The notes under the pieces are model-generated. The model saw nothing but the letters and a program-made list of their open reading frames with translations. It searched no databases and was not told the origin of the DNA. A program made the translations under genes and the position numbers. From an uncultured Gemmatimonadales bacterium (lineage in GTDB: Bacteria; Gemmatimonadota; Gemmatimonadetes; Longimicrobiales; RSA9), in NCBI GenBank assembly GCA_963798085.1, contig CAWCRS010000007.1:864001-928000 (forward strand): a stretch of 64,000 nucleotides of DNA. Direction: 5' to 3'. Of the stretch, positions 17,639 through 28,760 are shown one piece after another (positions within the stretch are counted from its first letter, which is position 1; each line of letters opens with the position of its first letter).

Positions 17639-19651
17639 ATGAGTACAGGCGAGCGCACACGCCCGCAACGCACCGACATCGCGATTTCGTTCACGCTTTT
17701 CGCACTGGGTGCGATCGTGGTGTTTGCGGCCACGTCGCGCATGGATCCGAGGCTGCTCTCACCGGGCGCGATGGATCTGTGGTTCGAGGCCGACGCGCCG
17801 CGTGTGTTCGAGAACCTGGTCGATCGCTGGTCGAATTTCTCGCGTGCCAAGGTTCACCCGCTGTTCGGCCTGCTGGCCTTCCCGCCCGTGCTGATTCTGC
17901 GCAAGCTGTTGGGTTTCCAGGCGCAAACCGCTGTGCATCTGCTGCTGGGTCTGACGGCAGGCACCTGGCTCGCACTCTTCTTCGTAATCTTCCGCCTCAT
18001 TGGCTGTCCGCGCCTCGACGCGCTGATCTTCACGCTGCTCGCGGCCACCAGTTCCTGCGCCATGTTCTGGTTCGTGATTCCCGAAACACATCCCCTTGCC
18101 TCGCTCACCATTCTGTTCGCCATCGGGCTGGTCGCGCTCTCCATGCATCGGCGCATTCCTGCTCTGCTCAATGCGGCGGTCAGCGCGGCGACGCTGGGCA
18201 TCACGGTCACCAACTGGATGATCGGCGCGGCCAGCACACTGGTGCGCCGTCCCTGGCGGGAGACGTTGCAGGTCACGATCAATGCCTTCGCCGTCGTTTG
18301 CGTGCTGTGGGCGATCGCCCGGCATTTCATGCCTTCTACGCTTTTCTTCCTGGGTAATCCACCCGAGACCGGGCACATTCTCGCTCCCGAGGCAAGAGGG
18401 CCGGCGCGAGTGGCGATCTCGTTCTTCCTGCACAGCATGGTGATGCCTGCCATCGCAGTGGTGGACCGCCCGGGATCCGGCGACTGGCCCATCATGCTGG
18501 TGCAACCGTCCTCGCCGGGATCAGCGGGTGTGTGGGATATTGCTTCGCTCGTGTTGTGGCTGCTGCTCATAGGCGCGGGTTTGTACGCGCTCTTCCGGGT
18601 GCGCAGCCACAATCGTCTGCGTCTCTTCCTCGCGCTCACGCTGGCCGGGCAGCTCGCGTTGCACCTGCTCTTCGGCAATGAGACGTTCCTCTACGCGCCC
18701 AATTTCCTTCCGTTGCTGATTACCATGACAGCAGTGGCGACGTTGACGCCGCTGCGTCCTGCCGTTCTGGCCACCGCGTCGCTGCTTGTCGTGACCAACG
18801 TGTTCAACAACGGCGCGCAGTGGCGGCGCGCGGATGGTTTCATGCGCGCGTTCCAGCCGTTCCAACACGATGAGGTCGTCGCGAGGAAGGCGAGGCCGGA
18901 GGGGCCGTGGCCGGACGCGCGCCAGACGCAGCGCATGGCGCTTCCCGGCACGCGCAGCTTTGAAACCGGCGCATGGTTTCCGGGCGGCTCGTTCAGTCCG
19001 GGGCTGAGCCAGTTCAGTGTTGCGCTGTGGGGACTCGACGACGCGGGGCGACGCACCTTTTCGAGCGATGTGCCGCGACCGGAAGTGACGACGCAGGTAA
19101 CGCGCGGGGCGGATGAAACTGCGACCGCGATCGACGTGCAGGCGCCAGAATACCGCGCGCAGTGGAAGCCCGCAGGACGCCGCCGCTGGCGGCTCGATCT
19201 GCAGCTGCCACGAGCGGAGCGCATTGCGCTCATGGTGCGCAGCGTCGGCCCGCAGACCGGTCCGGTTCGCCGCCTCGAATGGGATGGCGGCCGGCTGCAC
19301 ATCAACGAGCGCTGGATTATCCGGGCGGACAGCGGCGTCGCCGCCGTCGCGCTGCTGGATGAGGACGCGCCTGACTGGGCAGTGGCAAGATCGGCGGCGC
19401 GCCGTCTGTTCGTCATCGGTGGCTGGGGCGCGGCCCGCCTCGAGCTGAGCGCGCCCGGCAGCTACACCTTCTTCGTGAGCGACGAAGATCCCGAGGGTCC
19501 CGTCGATCGCCTGCTCACAATGCTGCCCGGTGACGCCGTGAACGGTAATAACAATGCGGCGGCTGCCGCGGAGTCGTGGCTGGGCGCTGACTCGGCAACC
19601 GTACCGCCAGGCGGTCGCGACACGCTGCCGCGGCGTAGTCCGCACCGTTGA
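17639..19651 (+). CDS. Polytopic membrane protein (GT-C-like) with C-terminal soluble domain, paralog 2
   Basis: WFEADAPRV...KVHPLF, PETH, GITVTNW and ETFLY motifs, colinear with 13027-15084. Confidence 0.75.
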   Translation: MSTGERTRPQRTDIAISFTLFALGAIVVFAATSRMDPRLLSPGAMDLWFEADAPRVFENLVDRWSNFSRAKVHPLFGLLAFPPVLILRKLLGFQAQTAVHLLLGLTAGTWLALFFVIFRLIGCPRLDALIFTLLAATSSCAMFWFVIPETHPLASLTILFAIGLVALSMHRRIPALLNAAVSAATLGITVTNWMIGAASTLVRRPWRETLQVTINAFAVVCVLWAIARHFMPSTLFFLGNPPETGHILAPEARGPARVAISFFLHSMVMPAIAVVDRPGSGDWPIMLVQPSSPGSAGVWDIASLVLWLLLIGAGLYALFRVRSHNRLRLFLALTLAGQLALHLLFGNETFLYAPNFLPLLITMTAVATLTPLRPAVLATASLLVVTNVFNNGAQWRRADGFMRAFQPFQHDEVVARKARPEGPWPDARQTQRMALPGTRSFETGAWFPGGSFSPGLSQFSVALWGLDDAGRRTFSSDVPRPEVTTQVTRGADETATAIDVQAPEYRAQWKPAGRRRWRLDLQLPRAERIALMVRSVGPQTGPVRRLEWDGGRLHINERWIIRADSGVAAVALLDEDAPDWAVARSAARRLFVIGGWGAARLELSAPGSYTFFVSDEDPEGPVDRLLTMLPGDAVNGNNNAAAAAESWLGADSATVPPGGRDTLPRRSPHR

Positions 19652-19669
19652 AGGGCGCGTCCGAGAATC

Positions 19670-21818
19670 ATGCGCAGACCGCACTCACGTTTGCTGCTCG
19701 TATTGCTTCTGCTGGCCGGGTTGTGGTCCATCACAGCGCTGCTGCTCGCGCCGTATGTGATCCGTCAGGCGTACGCCGGCCGGAGCTTCTCCGCCATCAA
19801 CGCGCTCCTCGGCGGCCGCGCTCAACACCCTGTTAGAATCTATCTCGCGCTCTGGCGGCGCGTTGCGATCAGTGTCACGCTGGTCGCGGTGCTGGCCCTG
19901 GCGCTGGCCCTCGTGGCGTGGCGCTTCCGCGCCCCTCTCCGTGCCGCGGCAAACCGTGTGCTGCGCGAACCCGCGCTGATTGGCATGGCGCAATGCGTGT
20001 GGCTGGGCGCATGGTTCGGTTTCCTGGGCGGTCTTGCCGAGGCTGCCTCGCCTCTCATCCGGCTCGCCGTCACCGGCGACCCGCGCGAGGCGCCTTCGCC
20101 CGCGAATCTCTGGTTGGCGCCCATCGCATCGGCGCTGTTCGGCGCCCTCGCCGGCTGGCTGCTCGCCCTGCTGCTGCGTGCGCGACGCGGCCTTTCTCTG
20201 CGCCTGCCCGCCGCCATCTTCTCGGCGGCTGCCGCGTACGCGTTCATTGTCCCTCTTCGCATCGGCCTGCAGCACTACGCCGTGCTGATCCTGGCGCTGG
20301 GCCTGGGCACGCAGATCGGCCTGACCGCGCACCGGCACGCGCAGGGCTTCCAGCGCCTGGTGCGCCGCAGCTCCGTCGGTGATGGCCGCCTTCCTGGTCC
20401 TGGTCAGCGGCGGCCAGTGGGGTATGCAGCGCCTGAGGGAACACCAGGCCCTTACCCGTCTCGGCCCGGCATCCCCGGCATCGCCTAACGTCCTGTTGTT
20501 CATCCTGGACACCGTGCGCTCCATGGATGTCGGTCTCTACGGATACACGCGCAACACCACGCCCGAGATCCAGCGCTTTGCCGAGAGCGGCGTGGTTTTC
20601 GACCATGCGTTTGCCAACGCGCCCTGGACGCTGCCCTCGCACGCCAGCATGTTCACGGGCCGGCTGCCGCACGAACTGTCGACCGATTTCGACAAGCCGC
20701 TGGACGGCGACGCGCCCACCCTCGCCGAGGTGTTGAGCGCCGAGGGCTATGCCACCGCCGGGTTCGTCGGCAACCTCATTTTCTGCACGCGCGCATCCGG
20801 GCTGAACCGCGGCTTCGCCGTGTACCGGGACTATCCGATCGACCTGGGCGCACTGCTGGCCAGTTCACACTGGACGCGCGACCTGGCCGTGTTCGTGCGC
20901 GCCCGCCTGGGCAATCACTCTCAGCTGGTGCGCCGGACGGCAGAGGCTGTGAGCCGGGAGTTTCTCGACTGGAAGCCGCCTGCGGGGCATCCCTTCTTCG
21001 CGTTCATCAACTACATCAATGCCCACGCGCCCTACGAGACACATGCGCCGTTCGACCGCATGTTCTCTCAGGCTTCACCGCGCTACTGGCTGCTGCAGGG
21101 CTGGCGGCGCGGTTACACGCGGCCAGAGCTGCAGGAATTCCGCGACGCCTATGACGCAGCCATTGCCTGGACCGACCACCAGATCGGGCAGGTGCTGGCC
21201 GAGCTGGAGCGGCGCGGCGTACTCGATAACACAATTGTTATCATTGCCTCGGACCACGGCGAGCACATTGGCGAGCACGGCATCATGTCGCACGCCAACA
21301 GCCTGTATCTGCCGCTGCTGCAGGTGCCGCTGGTGATTCGCTTTCCGGCACGCGCGCCGGCGGGTGTACACGTGAGCGAGCCGGTCGCCCTGCATGACCT
21401 GGCTGCTACCGTCCTGGATCTCACGGGCGGGAGCCGGAGCGTGGCCCTGCCCGGCAGGTCGTTGGCGACGCTCTGGTCGGGCCAGCCTGTGGCTGGCGCC
21501 GCCGGCGAACCCGGCATTCTCTCCGAGCTGGCCTACAACACGTTCGCCAATGCGCGTGACCCCATTCATCGCGGCCCGATGCGGTCGCTGATCCGGGGCA
21601 GCCTGCACTACATCCGCAACGGCGACGGAGTCGAGCAGCTGTTCGACTGGGTACGGGATCCGGACGAGGTGATCGACCTGGCGGACTCAGCCTCAAGCAG
21701 CGAGGCGGTGGCGAGGATGCGGCGGTTGACGAGCGATTTGCAGGGCAGCGCGGTGCAGAGCGGCTCCGGGACCCTGGTGCCGTCCCGGAGCCGCTCCGAC
21801 ACGGCGCAAATCAGGTAG
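19670..21818 (+). CDS. Membrane-anchored sulfatase-like protein, paralog 2 (frameshift near 20378)
   Basis: TM half (19670-~20378) plus catalytic half (20379-21818; [21 protein letters not shown]) together match paralog 1. Confidence 0.8.
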
Positions 21819-23631
21819 CGGTTGCCGTAAACGTCAGGGGTGCCGCGCCCTGCACGGTAACAGTGACTGTCTGCGTGCCGGTTCCCGACCCCAGCGTCCA
21901 GTTCGTTTCAGCAATGCCTTTCGGTCCCGTCGTTGCCGCCGGGTGGTTCACCGAGCCGCTGCCCGTATCCGGCGCGTAATTGACCGTTATACCAGCCAGC
22001 ACATTGCCGTTGAGATCCGTGACCTTCACGACCAGGCCCCTGGGCAGTGTCGAACCGGCCGGTCCGGTCTGCATGTCGCCGCCCAGGATCTGGATGATCC
22101 GCGTGTACTGCGGCGGTGGCGGCGGGGGTGGTGGCGGAGGCGGGGGCGCGGTCGCGGTCGCCGTGAAGGTGACCGGCGTCGCACCGGCCGTGCTCGCCTC
22201 GACGGTCTGCGGGCCCGCCTGCGATCCCAGTGTCCATGACGTTTCGGCGTAGCCCTTGGGTCCCGTAGAAGCCGGGCTGCTGCCGATGGCGCCGCCCCCG
22301 GTCTTCACCGTGTAGGTGATGGGCACGTTGCCCAGCGGGTTGCCCTGGCCGTCTCTGGCCAGCACGATGAGGCTCTTGGGTAATGTGGTGTTAATGAGCG
22401 CCGTCTGGTTGTCGCCGCCCGCGATGCTGAGCACGATGGTGGGGCCCGGACCGCCGCCGCCGCCAATGAAGCCGGTGTACAGCAGCAGGTTGGGCGAGCC
22501 GGTGCCCGGGCTCGTGATCTTGCCGGCCGTCGCGTTCGAGGTCAGCGCCTGCACCACGGCGGACGGTGTCGCCGTGGGATTCGCCTCGAGGTACAACGCC
22601 ACCGCGCCCGTCACGTGTGGTGTCGCCATGGACGTGCCGCTGATCGTGTTGGTGGCTGTGTTGCTGCTGTTCCAGGAGGACGTGATGTTGACGCCCGGCG
22701 CGAAGATGTCGACACACGTGCCGAAGTTCGAGAACACGGCGCGCGAATCGTTGATCATGCTCGCGGCCACCGTGATGGCCGCGGGGGCGCGCGACGGCGA
22801 CTCCGTGCACGCGCTCACGTTGTCATTGCCCGCCGCCACTGAGTAGACCACGCCGCTGTTCACGGAATTCGTGAGTGCGGCGTCCAGCGAAGCGGAGGCG
22901 CTGCCGCCCAGACTCATGTTGGCGACGGCTGGCTTGATCGCGTGCGCGGTCACCCAGTCGATCCCTGCGATCACGCCAGCCACCGAGCCGCTGCCCGTGC
23001 AGTCCAGCACGCGCACGGCGTGCAGCGTGACACCCTTGGCGACGCCCCACGTCGCGCCGCCGATGGTACCGGAGACGTGCGTGCCGTGGCCGTTGCAGTC
23101 GTTCGTGCCGTTGCCGTCATTGATCGAGGTGAAAGCGCCCGACGCGCGCCCGCCGAACTCGACGTGCGTCGTGCGGATCCCTGTATCGATGACGTAAGCG
23201 TGCACGCCCGCGCCGGTCGCGTTGTACGTGTAGGTGCCGCTCAGCGGCAGGTTGTGCTGATCGATGCGATCGATGCCCCACGTCGCATTCGGCTGCGTGG
23301 TCGTGAGCTGCACGGGCTGATCCTTCTCCACCATCAGCACGTCCGACTCGTGCTCCATGGCCGCGGCCTGGCCATCCGAGAGGCTCGCCGCGAAACCGTT
23401 GAGCGCGTGACCGTAGGTGAAGCGCAGATCGCCCAGGTGATCCGTGGTCAGGCGCTGCGCTTCCTGCGGCAGATCCGGGACCGCGTTGCGCAGAACGACG
23501 ATGTAGACGGCGTCGTTCCCGCCCGCAGAGACGGACGCGCTCGGTGTGTACGCGGGCTGGACCGGCTCCGTGACTTCCTGACACGCTGCAAGCAGCGTGG
23601 CCAGTACCAACCATCCTGCAACACGTCGCAT
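21811..23631 (-). CDS. S8 subtilisin-like serine protease lipoprotein (aqualysin/proteinase K-like) with propeptide and two Ig-like (Big-1-like) domains
   Basis: Lipobox LAAC; IDTG, HGTH and GTSMATP triad motifs; two GGDxQT...WTLG repeats. Confidence 0.92.
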   Translation of the reverse strand: MRRVAGWLVLATLLAACQEVTEPVQPAYTPSASVSAGGNDAVYIVVLRNAVPDLPQEAQRLTTDHLGDLRFTYGHALNGFAASLSDGQAAAMEHESDVLMVEKDQPVQLTTTQPNATWGIDRIDQHNLPLSGTYTYNATGAGVHAYVIDTGIRTTHVEFGGRASGAFTSINDGNGTNDCNGHGTHVSGTIGGATWGVAKGVTLHAVRVLDCTGSGSVAGVIAGIDWVTAHAIKPAVANMSLGGSASASLDAALTNSVNSGVVYSVAAGNDNVSACTESPSRAPAAITVAASMINDSRAVFSNFGTCVDIFAPGVNITSSWNSSNTATNTISGTSMATPHVTGAVALYLEANPTATPSAVVQALTSNATAGKITSPGTGSPNLLLYTGFIGGGGGPGPTIVLSIAGGDNQTALINTTLPKSLIVLARDGQGNPLGNVPITYTVKTGGGAIGSSPASTGPKGYAETSWTLGSQAGPQTVEASTAGATPVTFTATATAPPPPPPPPPPPPQYTRIIQILGGDMQTGPAGSTLPRGLVVKVTDLNGNVLAGITVNYAPDTGSGSVNHPAATTGPKGIAETNWTLGSGTGTQTVTVTVQGAAPLTFTATAT

Positions 23632-23963
23632 GGATCGACCTCCTGGTTGATGGATACGCACGACTGCACGCCCGCGCGGTTGCGCGCGGCCGGACGACAT
23701 TGTCGGAATGCCAGTTGGGAAGAGGCGCCGGAGCGCCGGAACTGCCGGGGAAAGCGCTGCAACCTTGTCATGCGACCCCCGCTGGTCAAGCATGACGTGC
23801 CCGCGCAACGCGGCGCGAGCGGTGTCACATTGAAGCGTCGCCTTGATCCCCCTACCTTCTCCTCCATGGGAGGAGAGGTCCTGTGCCCCGTCGCACATAG
23901 TATCGGCCGGGCGTTGCCGAACGTTTTTCATGCGCAATCCGTTGCCGCGGACCGGACACGCGC

Positions 23964-25328
23964 GTGAGCCGGTCGCGCTTTCCCAATCCTCTCACACTGC
24001 TCACGGCCTGCATCCTCCTGGCTGCCGCATTGAGCTGGGTGCTGCCCGCCGGTCGTTATGAACGGCAGGACGATCCCGCGACCGGCCGCAGCGTGGTCAT
24101 CGCTGGTACCTATCACGCCGTCGAGCGGCAGCCCGTCGGTCTACTCGCAGCCGTGGTGGCCATTCCGCGCGGCATGGTCGACGCCGCGGATGTGATCTTC
24201 TTCGTGTTTCTGGTAGGCGGTGCCTTCGCCGTCATTGATCGCACCGGTGCGCTGCGGGCCGCGCTCGATGCGCTTGTGCGCGGGCTGGGCAGGCGGGAGG
24301 CGCTGGTCATTCCCATCTGCGCGCTCGCCTTCGCCGCCGGCGGCATCTTCGAGAACATGCAGGAGGAAATCATTGCGCTTGTGCCCGTGCTGCTCCTGCT
24401 GGCCCGCCGGCTGGGCTACGACACGCTCACCGTCGCGGCCATGAGTGTGGGCGCCGCGGCCGTCGGCTCGGCTTTCAGTCCGGTGAATCCGTTCCAGGTG
24501 GGCATTGCACAGAAGCTGGCGGAGGTGCCGCTACTGTCTGGCGGTGTTTTCCGCACGGCGTTCCTGATCCCTGCGCTCGGGCTCTGGATCTGGGGCACCA
24601 TGCGACACGCCCGCCGCACCCGCCTGGCCGCCGCCGACGCACCGGGTCCAGCGGCTTCGGGTGCGCTGGAGTTACCCGCGCTTTCTGGCGTCCGCACGAC
24701 GATCATCCTGCTCGCCGTACTCGGAGCTTTCGCCGTCTTCATCTTCGGCATTGTGCGTCTGGGCTGGGACTTCACGCAGATGGCCGCCGTGTTCTTCGTG
24801 ATGGGCGTGTTCGCGGGCATCGCGGGACGCCTGGGCGTGGATGGCACGGCCGAAGCGTTCACGGAGGGCTTCCGTTCCATGGCGTTCGCTGGCCTCCTCA
24901 TCGGCTTCGCGCGCGCCATTGACGTGGTGCTCAATGACGGCGCGATCATTGACACCATCGTGCACGGTCTGTTCACGCCCATCGCGACGCTGCCCCGGCC
25001 GCTGGCTGCGGTGGGCATGATGGGCGTGCAGTCGCTGATCCACGTTCCCGTGCCCAGCGTGAGCGGTCAGGCGGTCCTGACCATGCCTGTCCTGGTGCCG
25101 CTCTCGGACCTGCTCCAGGTATCGCGCCAGGTCACCATCCTCGCCTACCACTACGGCGCGGGCCTTTGCGAGCTGCTCACACCCACGAATGGCGCGCTCA
25201 TGGCGATTCTCGCCGCCGCAGGGGTGCGCTTCGATGACTGGATCCGCTTCACTGTCCCTCTCTGGCTCGCCCTCATGGCGCTCGGGGCGGTGGCCATTGC
25301 CACAGGCCTGGTGATCGGCCTGCAGTAG
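23964..25328 (+). CDS. YfcC/DcuC-like ion-transporter-superfamily permease
   Basis: [30 protein letters not shown] and PTNG motifs; many TMs. Confidence 0.88.
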   Translation: MSRSRFPNPLTLLTACILLAAALSWVLPAGRYERQDDPATGRSVVIAGTYHAVERQPVGLLAAVVAIPRGMVDAADVIFFVFLVGGAFAVIDRTGALRAALDALVRGLGRREALVIPICALAFAAGGIFENMQEEIIALVPVLLLLARRLGYDTLTVAAMSVGAAAVGSAFSPVNPFQVGIAQKLAEVPLLSGGVFRTAFLIPALGLWIWGTMRHARRTRLAAADAPGPAASGALELPALSGVRTTIILLAVLGAFAVFIFGIVRLGWDFTQMAAVFFVMGVFAGIAGRLGVDGTAEAFTEGFRSMAFAGLLIGFARAIDVVLNDGAIIDTIVHGLFTPIATLPRPLAAVGMMGVQSLIHVPVPSVSGQAVLTMPVLVPLSDLLQVSRQVTILAYHYGAGLCELLTPTNGALMAILAAAGVRFDDWIRFTVPLWLALMALGAVAIATGLVIGLQ

Positions 25329-25466
25329 AGCGGCGAGCCGGGCAGGGCTCGCCATCGCCCGGCACCTGCGCAATAACACGGGTGAGCCCGCCCTGTCGCC
25401 GGGCCCGCCTCGCGTGAAGATTCCGCAGCCGCCGCGCGTAGGGTACCTCGGTTATCTGGAGGCCGG

Positions 25467-26027
25467 GTGGAATACCGGGTCGAAGAGGAGCTGGTCCGCA
25501 AGTGTCAGTCGGAAGGGTCCCGCTATTTCGAGCCGCTCGTTCGGGCGTACGAAGCAGAAGCGATTCGCATCGCGACCGCCATGCTGGGCGACCTGGACGC
25601 GGCGAGGGATGCGGCGCAGGACGCGTTCGTCAAGGCGTTCCGTTCCCTTTCCAGCTTCGACCCGGATCGCAGGTTCCGCCCGTGGTTTCTCCAGATTCTG
25701 CGCAATCAGTGTCGTGACGCCTTGCGCAGTCGCAAGGCACGACACCGCCTGGAGGCTCACGAACCGCGCGTGGAAGTGCACTCGACCCCTGATGAAGCGG
25801 ATCGCGAGCACGCCCGTCACGAGGCGGCGGCACTGGTACGCCGCGGCCTCGCCGGACTCGATGAGACGCAGCGTGAAATCCTCGTGATGAAGGAGATCGA
25901 AGAGTTGAGCTACCAGGAGATAGCGGCCGAACTGGAGATTCCGGAGGGCACCGTGGCCAGCCGCCTGTTTCACGCCAGACGCGCGCTCAAGGATGCACTC
26001 GAGAGAATGGGCGTACGGTACCCATGA
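25467..26027 (+). CDS. ECF RNA polymerase sigma factor
   Basis: Region 2 (DAAQDAF...WFLQILRNQCRD) and region 4 (LSYQEIAAELEIPEGTVASRL). Confidence 0.92.
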   Translation: MEYRVEEELVRKCQSEGSRYFEPLVRAYEAEAIRIATAMLGDLDAARDAAQDAFVKAFRSLSSFDPDRRFRPWFLQILRNQCRDALRSRKARHRLEAHEPRVEVHSTPDEADREHARHEAAALVRRGLAGLDETQREILVMKEIEELSYQEIAAELEIPEGTVASRLFHARRALKDALERMGVRYP

Positions 26028-26035
26028 GGTGGTGA

Positions 26036-26461
26036 GTGGTGGAACATGCGGTAAGCCATGAAGAGCTGATGCGGTTTCTCGATGACGAGCTGACCGCCGA
26101 TCGTCGAGTGCTGGTGGCGGCACACCTCGAAGTGTGCACGGAGTGTAATCGCGAGATCGTGGTATTCCGGGCCATGAAGGCAGATCTGCTGGCAATGGTG
26201 AGTGAGGGACGCATTGGTCCATCGATCTGGGCCGACGTGAACCGTCACATTATGCGCCCCACCGGCTGGATCATGGTCGTGGTCGGGGCTGTGGCGCTCA
26301 CCGCCTACGCGGTCTGGGCGTACCTCACCAGCCCCGAGAGCTTCTGGGAGAAGCTGGCCGTCGGCACGCTCGTGATCGGCCTGGTGCTGCTCCTGCTCAG
26401 TGCGCTCATTGACCGGCTGCGCGACCTGCGCACCGACCCCTATCAGAACGTGCACCGATGA
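26036..26461 (+). CDS. Zinc-binding anti-sigma factor (ZAS, zf-HC2) with two TMs
   Basis: HLEVCTEC (HxxxCxxC) motif; directly downstream of the ECF sigma. Confidence 0.88.
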   Translation: MVEHAVSHEELMRFLDDELTADRRVLVAAHLEVCTECNREIVVFRAMKADLLAMVSEGRIGPSIWADVNRHIMRPTGWIMVVVGAVALTAYAVWAYLTSPESFWEKLAVGTLVIGLVLLLLSALIDRLRDLRTDPYQNVHR

Positions 26462-26778
26462 TCGTCACCACCACTCCCGACATCGTGGGCCGCCGCATCG
26501 TGCGCACGCTGGGCCTGGTGCGCGGCAACACGATCCGCTCGCGCCACATTGGTCGCGACATCATGGCCGGCATGCGTGCCATTGTGGGCGGCGAAATCGT
26601 CGAGTTCACGAAAATGATGGCAGAGGCGAGGGAGCAGGCGATCGACCGCATGGTGGAGGATGCCGAAGCGCTGGGCGCGGATGCCGTGGTCGCGATCCGC
26701 TTCCAGACCGTCTTCATCATGCGCGGCGCCGCCGAAATCATGTGTTATGGCACGGCGGTCGTGACCGAGACCGTCTGA
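26458..26778 (+). CDS. YbjQ/UPF0145 family protein
   Basis: LGLVRG...GGE...AREQAIDRM...GADAVVAIRF...YGTAV. Confidence 0.92.
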   Translation: MIVTTTPDIVGRRIVRTLGLVRGNTIRSRHIGRDIMAGMRAIVGGEIVEFTKMMAEAREQAIDRMVEDAEALGADAVVAIRFQTVFIMRGAAEIMCYGTAVVTETV

Positions 26779-26819
26779 AGGCCCACCTCAACCGCCCTTC
26801 ATTGGAAAAGAGAGACCGC

Positions 26820-27230
26820 ATGCCACTGCAGCGACCCGTACTCGTGCGCCCGCGTCTGCGCGGGGTCATCATGGTCGTCCTGGGCGTGGCGACGACGCTG
26901 CTCACGGTTGCCGCCGCGCAGAAGAAGGATCCTGCCGGCCACTGGAACGGCGTACTGCGTGTGCCCGGCCAGGAGCTGGCGTTCGATGTGGATCTGCGAC
27001 ACGCGCAGAACGCTTGGACGGGCGACATCTCGATTCCGGCCCAGAACGCGACGGATCTGCCGCTCACCAACATCGCGGTGCGTGCCGACAGCGTGATCTT
27101 CGAGATTGCCAGTGTGCCCGGACAACCCGTATTCCACGGGCGCATGGCCAGCGATTCCATTGCGGGCAATCTCACGCAGGGTGGCCAGAATGTGCCGTTC
27201 TCGATGCACCGCGAGAAGAAGGCGGGCTAG
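26820..27230 (+). CDS. Secreted hypothetical beta-rich protein
   Basis: Signal-like N-terminus; GHWNG...F.G...ISG...QGG pattern. Confidence 0.65.
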   Translation: MPLQRPVLVRPRLRGVIMVVLGVATTLLTVAAAQKKDPAGHWNGVLRVPGQELAFDVDLRHAQNAWTGDISIPAQNATDLPLTNIAVRADSVIFEIASVPGQPVFHGRMASDSIAGNLTQGGQNVPFSMHREKKAG

Positions 27231-27350
27231 CAGGGGCCATTCCACATTGCGCGTGCGTCTGCCACACCGGTCCATGGGCCGGACAGTCCCGTCGCGGGTC
27301 CCATCCGGGACCGGCGAGGGCGTCCCAAGGTGTTATGCTTCACGCAGTTA

Positions 27351-27366
27351 TGTCCAGGCCTGGACA
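27351..27366. promoter_or_regulatory. Perfect 16-bp palindrome, candidate operator
   Basis: TGTCCAGGCCTGGACA, adjacent to TTGACA (27368-27373). Confidence 0.35.
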
Positions 27367-27457
27367 ATTGACACCAGCCGGTGCGGAACTTGCCCGACGG
27401 GCCATGCAGTCAGCTCCACCCTGCGCCACGGCGACGACGCGTCGCCCTCGATGCTGA

Positions 27458-27955
27458 GTGAGTCCAGCCATGTCGATGGAGTGGATCCGTGGTGTTCATT
27501 GCCGTCACGTGGAACGGCGGCGTAACTCGGACCGGCGAAGCCGGCACGTGCTGTTCAGCGACTGGCGCTGGTCGTATGAAGGCAGGCGTCAGCGCGGCCG
27601 GCGCGATGGCGGGCGCGTGGAAACCGGCGTCGACATCTATGAGCGGCGCCTCTTCTTCGTCGCCGTCGGCATCTTCGTGCTCAGCTGCATGGATGCCGCC
27701 TTCACGCTGCTGCTGGTGCACCGCAACCTGGCAGCAGAAGCCAACCCGTTCATGCGCGCACTGCTCTCCTATGACCCGCAGACCTTCATCAACCTGAAGA
27801 TCGTGCTCACCGGTTCGGGCGTGCTCTTTCTGGTGGCGCTCTGCGAGAGCCGCTTCCTGCGCCTGATCCCCGTGCGCTACCTGATGCACGGGCTGCTGGT
27901 GCTCTACGGCCTGATCGTGGCATCCGAGGTCGTGCAGCTCGGCCTGCTGCGCTGA
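27458..27955 (+). CDS. DUF5658-like membrane protein
   Basis: DAAFTL...EANPFM...F...K motif with TMs; Arg-rich N-terminus; start uncertain. Confidence 0.7.
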   Translation: MSPAMSMEWIRGVHCRHVERRRNSDRRSRHVLFSDWRWSYEGRRQRGRRDGGRVETGVDIYERRLFFVAVGIFVLSCMDAAFTLLLVHRNLAAEANPFMRALLSYDPQTFINLKIVLTGSGVLFLVALCESRFLRLIPVRYLMHGLLVLYGLIVASEVVQLGLLR

Positions 27956-27979
27956 GCGGGCGGCCGCGCGCAGGGACGC

Positions 27980-28684
27980 GTGATGCGGCTGCTCACGGGC
28001 ACCAGCGGTTTCGCCTACAACGAGTGGAAGGGCAGCTTCTACCCGGATGACCTGCCCGGCAGCGCCATGCTGCGCTATTACGCCGGCCAGTTTTCAACCG
28101 TCGAGATCAACAACACCTTCTATCGCATGCCCGCCGGCCACGTGCTTGCCGGCTGGGTGGAGCAGGTGCCGACCGGTTTCACCTTCGTGCTCAAGGCCCC
28201 GCAGCGCATCACGCATCAGAAGCGGTTGAAGGATGCGGGCGAACCGCTGGATTTCTTCCTGCGCACCGCGCGCGTACTGGGCACGGCGCTCGGGCCGGTA
28301 CTGTTCCAGCTGCCGCCGAATCTCAAGAAGGATGCGGAACGGCTGCACGGCTTCCTGGCGCTGCTGCCGGGCGACGTGCGCGCGGCCTTCGAGTTCCGCC
28401 ACGCGTCCTGGCTCGATGACGAGGTGTACGACGCACTGCGTGCGCGCAATATCGCGTTATGCATTGCCGACACGCTCGAGGAGACCACGCCGCTGGTGAG
28501 CACGGCCGACTGGGGCTATCTGCGGCTGCGGCGCGAGCAGTACGAGGAGCAGGACCTGACGGCGTGGGCCGCCCGCATGGCGCTGCAGACCTGGTCGGAC
28601 GCGTTCGTCTTCTTCAAACACGAGGATGCCGGTACGGGTCCCCGCCTCGCACGCCGTTTCGCAACCCTCTTCGCCGGCCGCTGA
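27980..28684 (+). CDS. DUF72 domain protein
   Basis: GTSGFAY..W.G.FYP, VEINNTFY, LFQLPP and AFEFRH motifs. Confidence 0.92.
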   Translation: MMRLLTGTSGFAYNEWKGSFYPDDLPGSAMLRYYAGQFSTVEINNTFYRMPAGHVLAGWVEQVPTGFTFVLKAPQRITHQKRLKDAGEPLDFFLRTARVLGTALGPVLFQLPPNLKKDAERLHGFLALLPGDVRAAFEFRHASWLDDEVYDALRARNIALCIADTLEETTPLVSTADWGYLRLRREQYEEQDLTAWAARMALQTWSDAFVFFKHEDAGTGPRLARRFATLFAGR

Positions 28685-28760
28685 GCGGCCGGGCTGGCTG
28701 CCCGGCGCACCATTCCCGGCGCGCGCCCTGACCCGTTGTTACAGTCCGCGGGAACAGGCG

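Noticed and set aside
25332..25353. GC hairpin after yfcC (and a similar one at 39964-39980) as intrinsic terminators
   Set aside because: No U-tract; such hairpins are common by chance at this GC content
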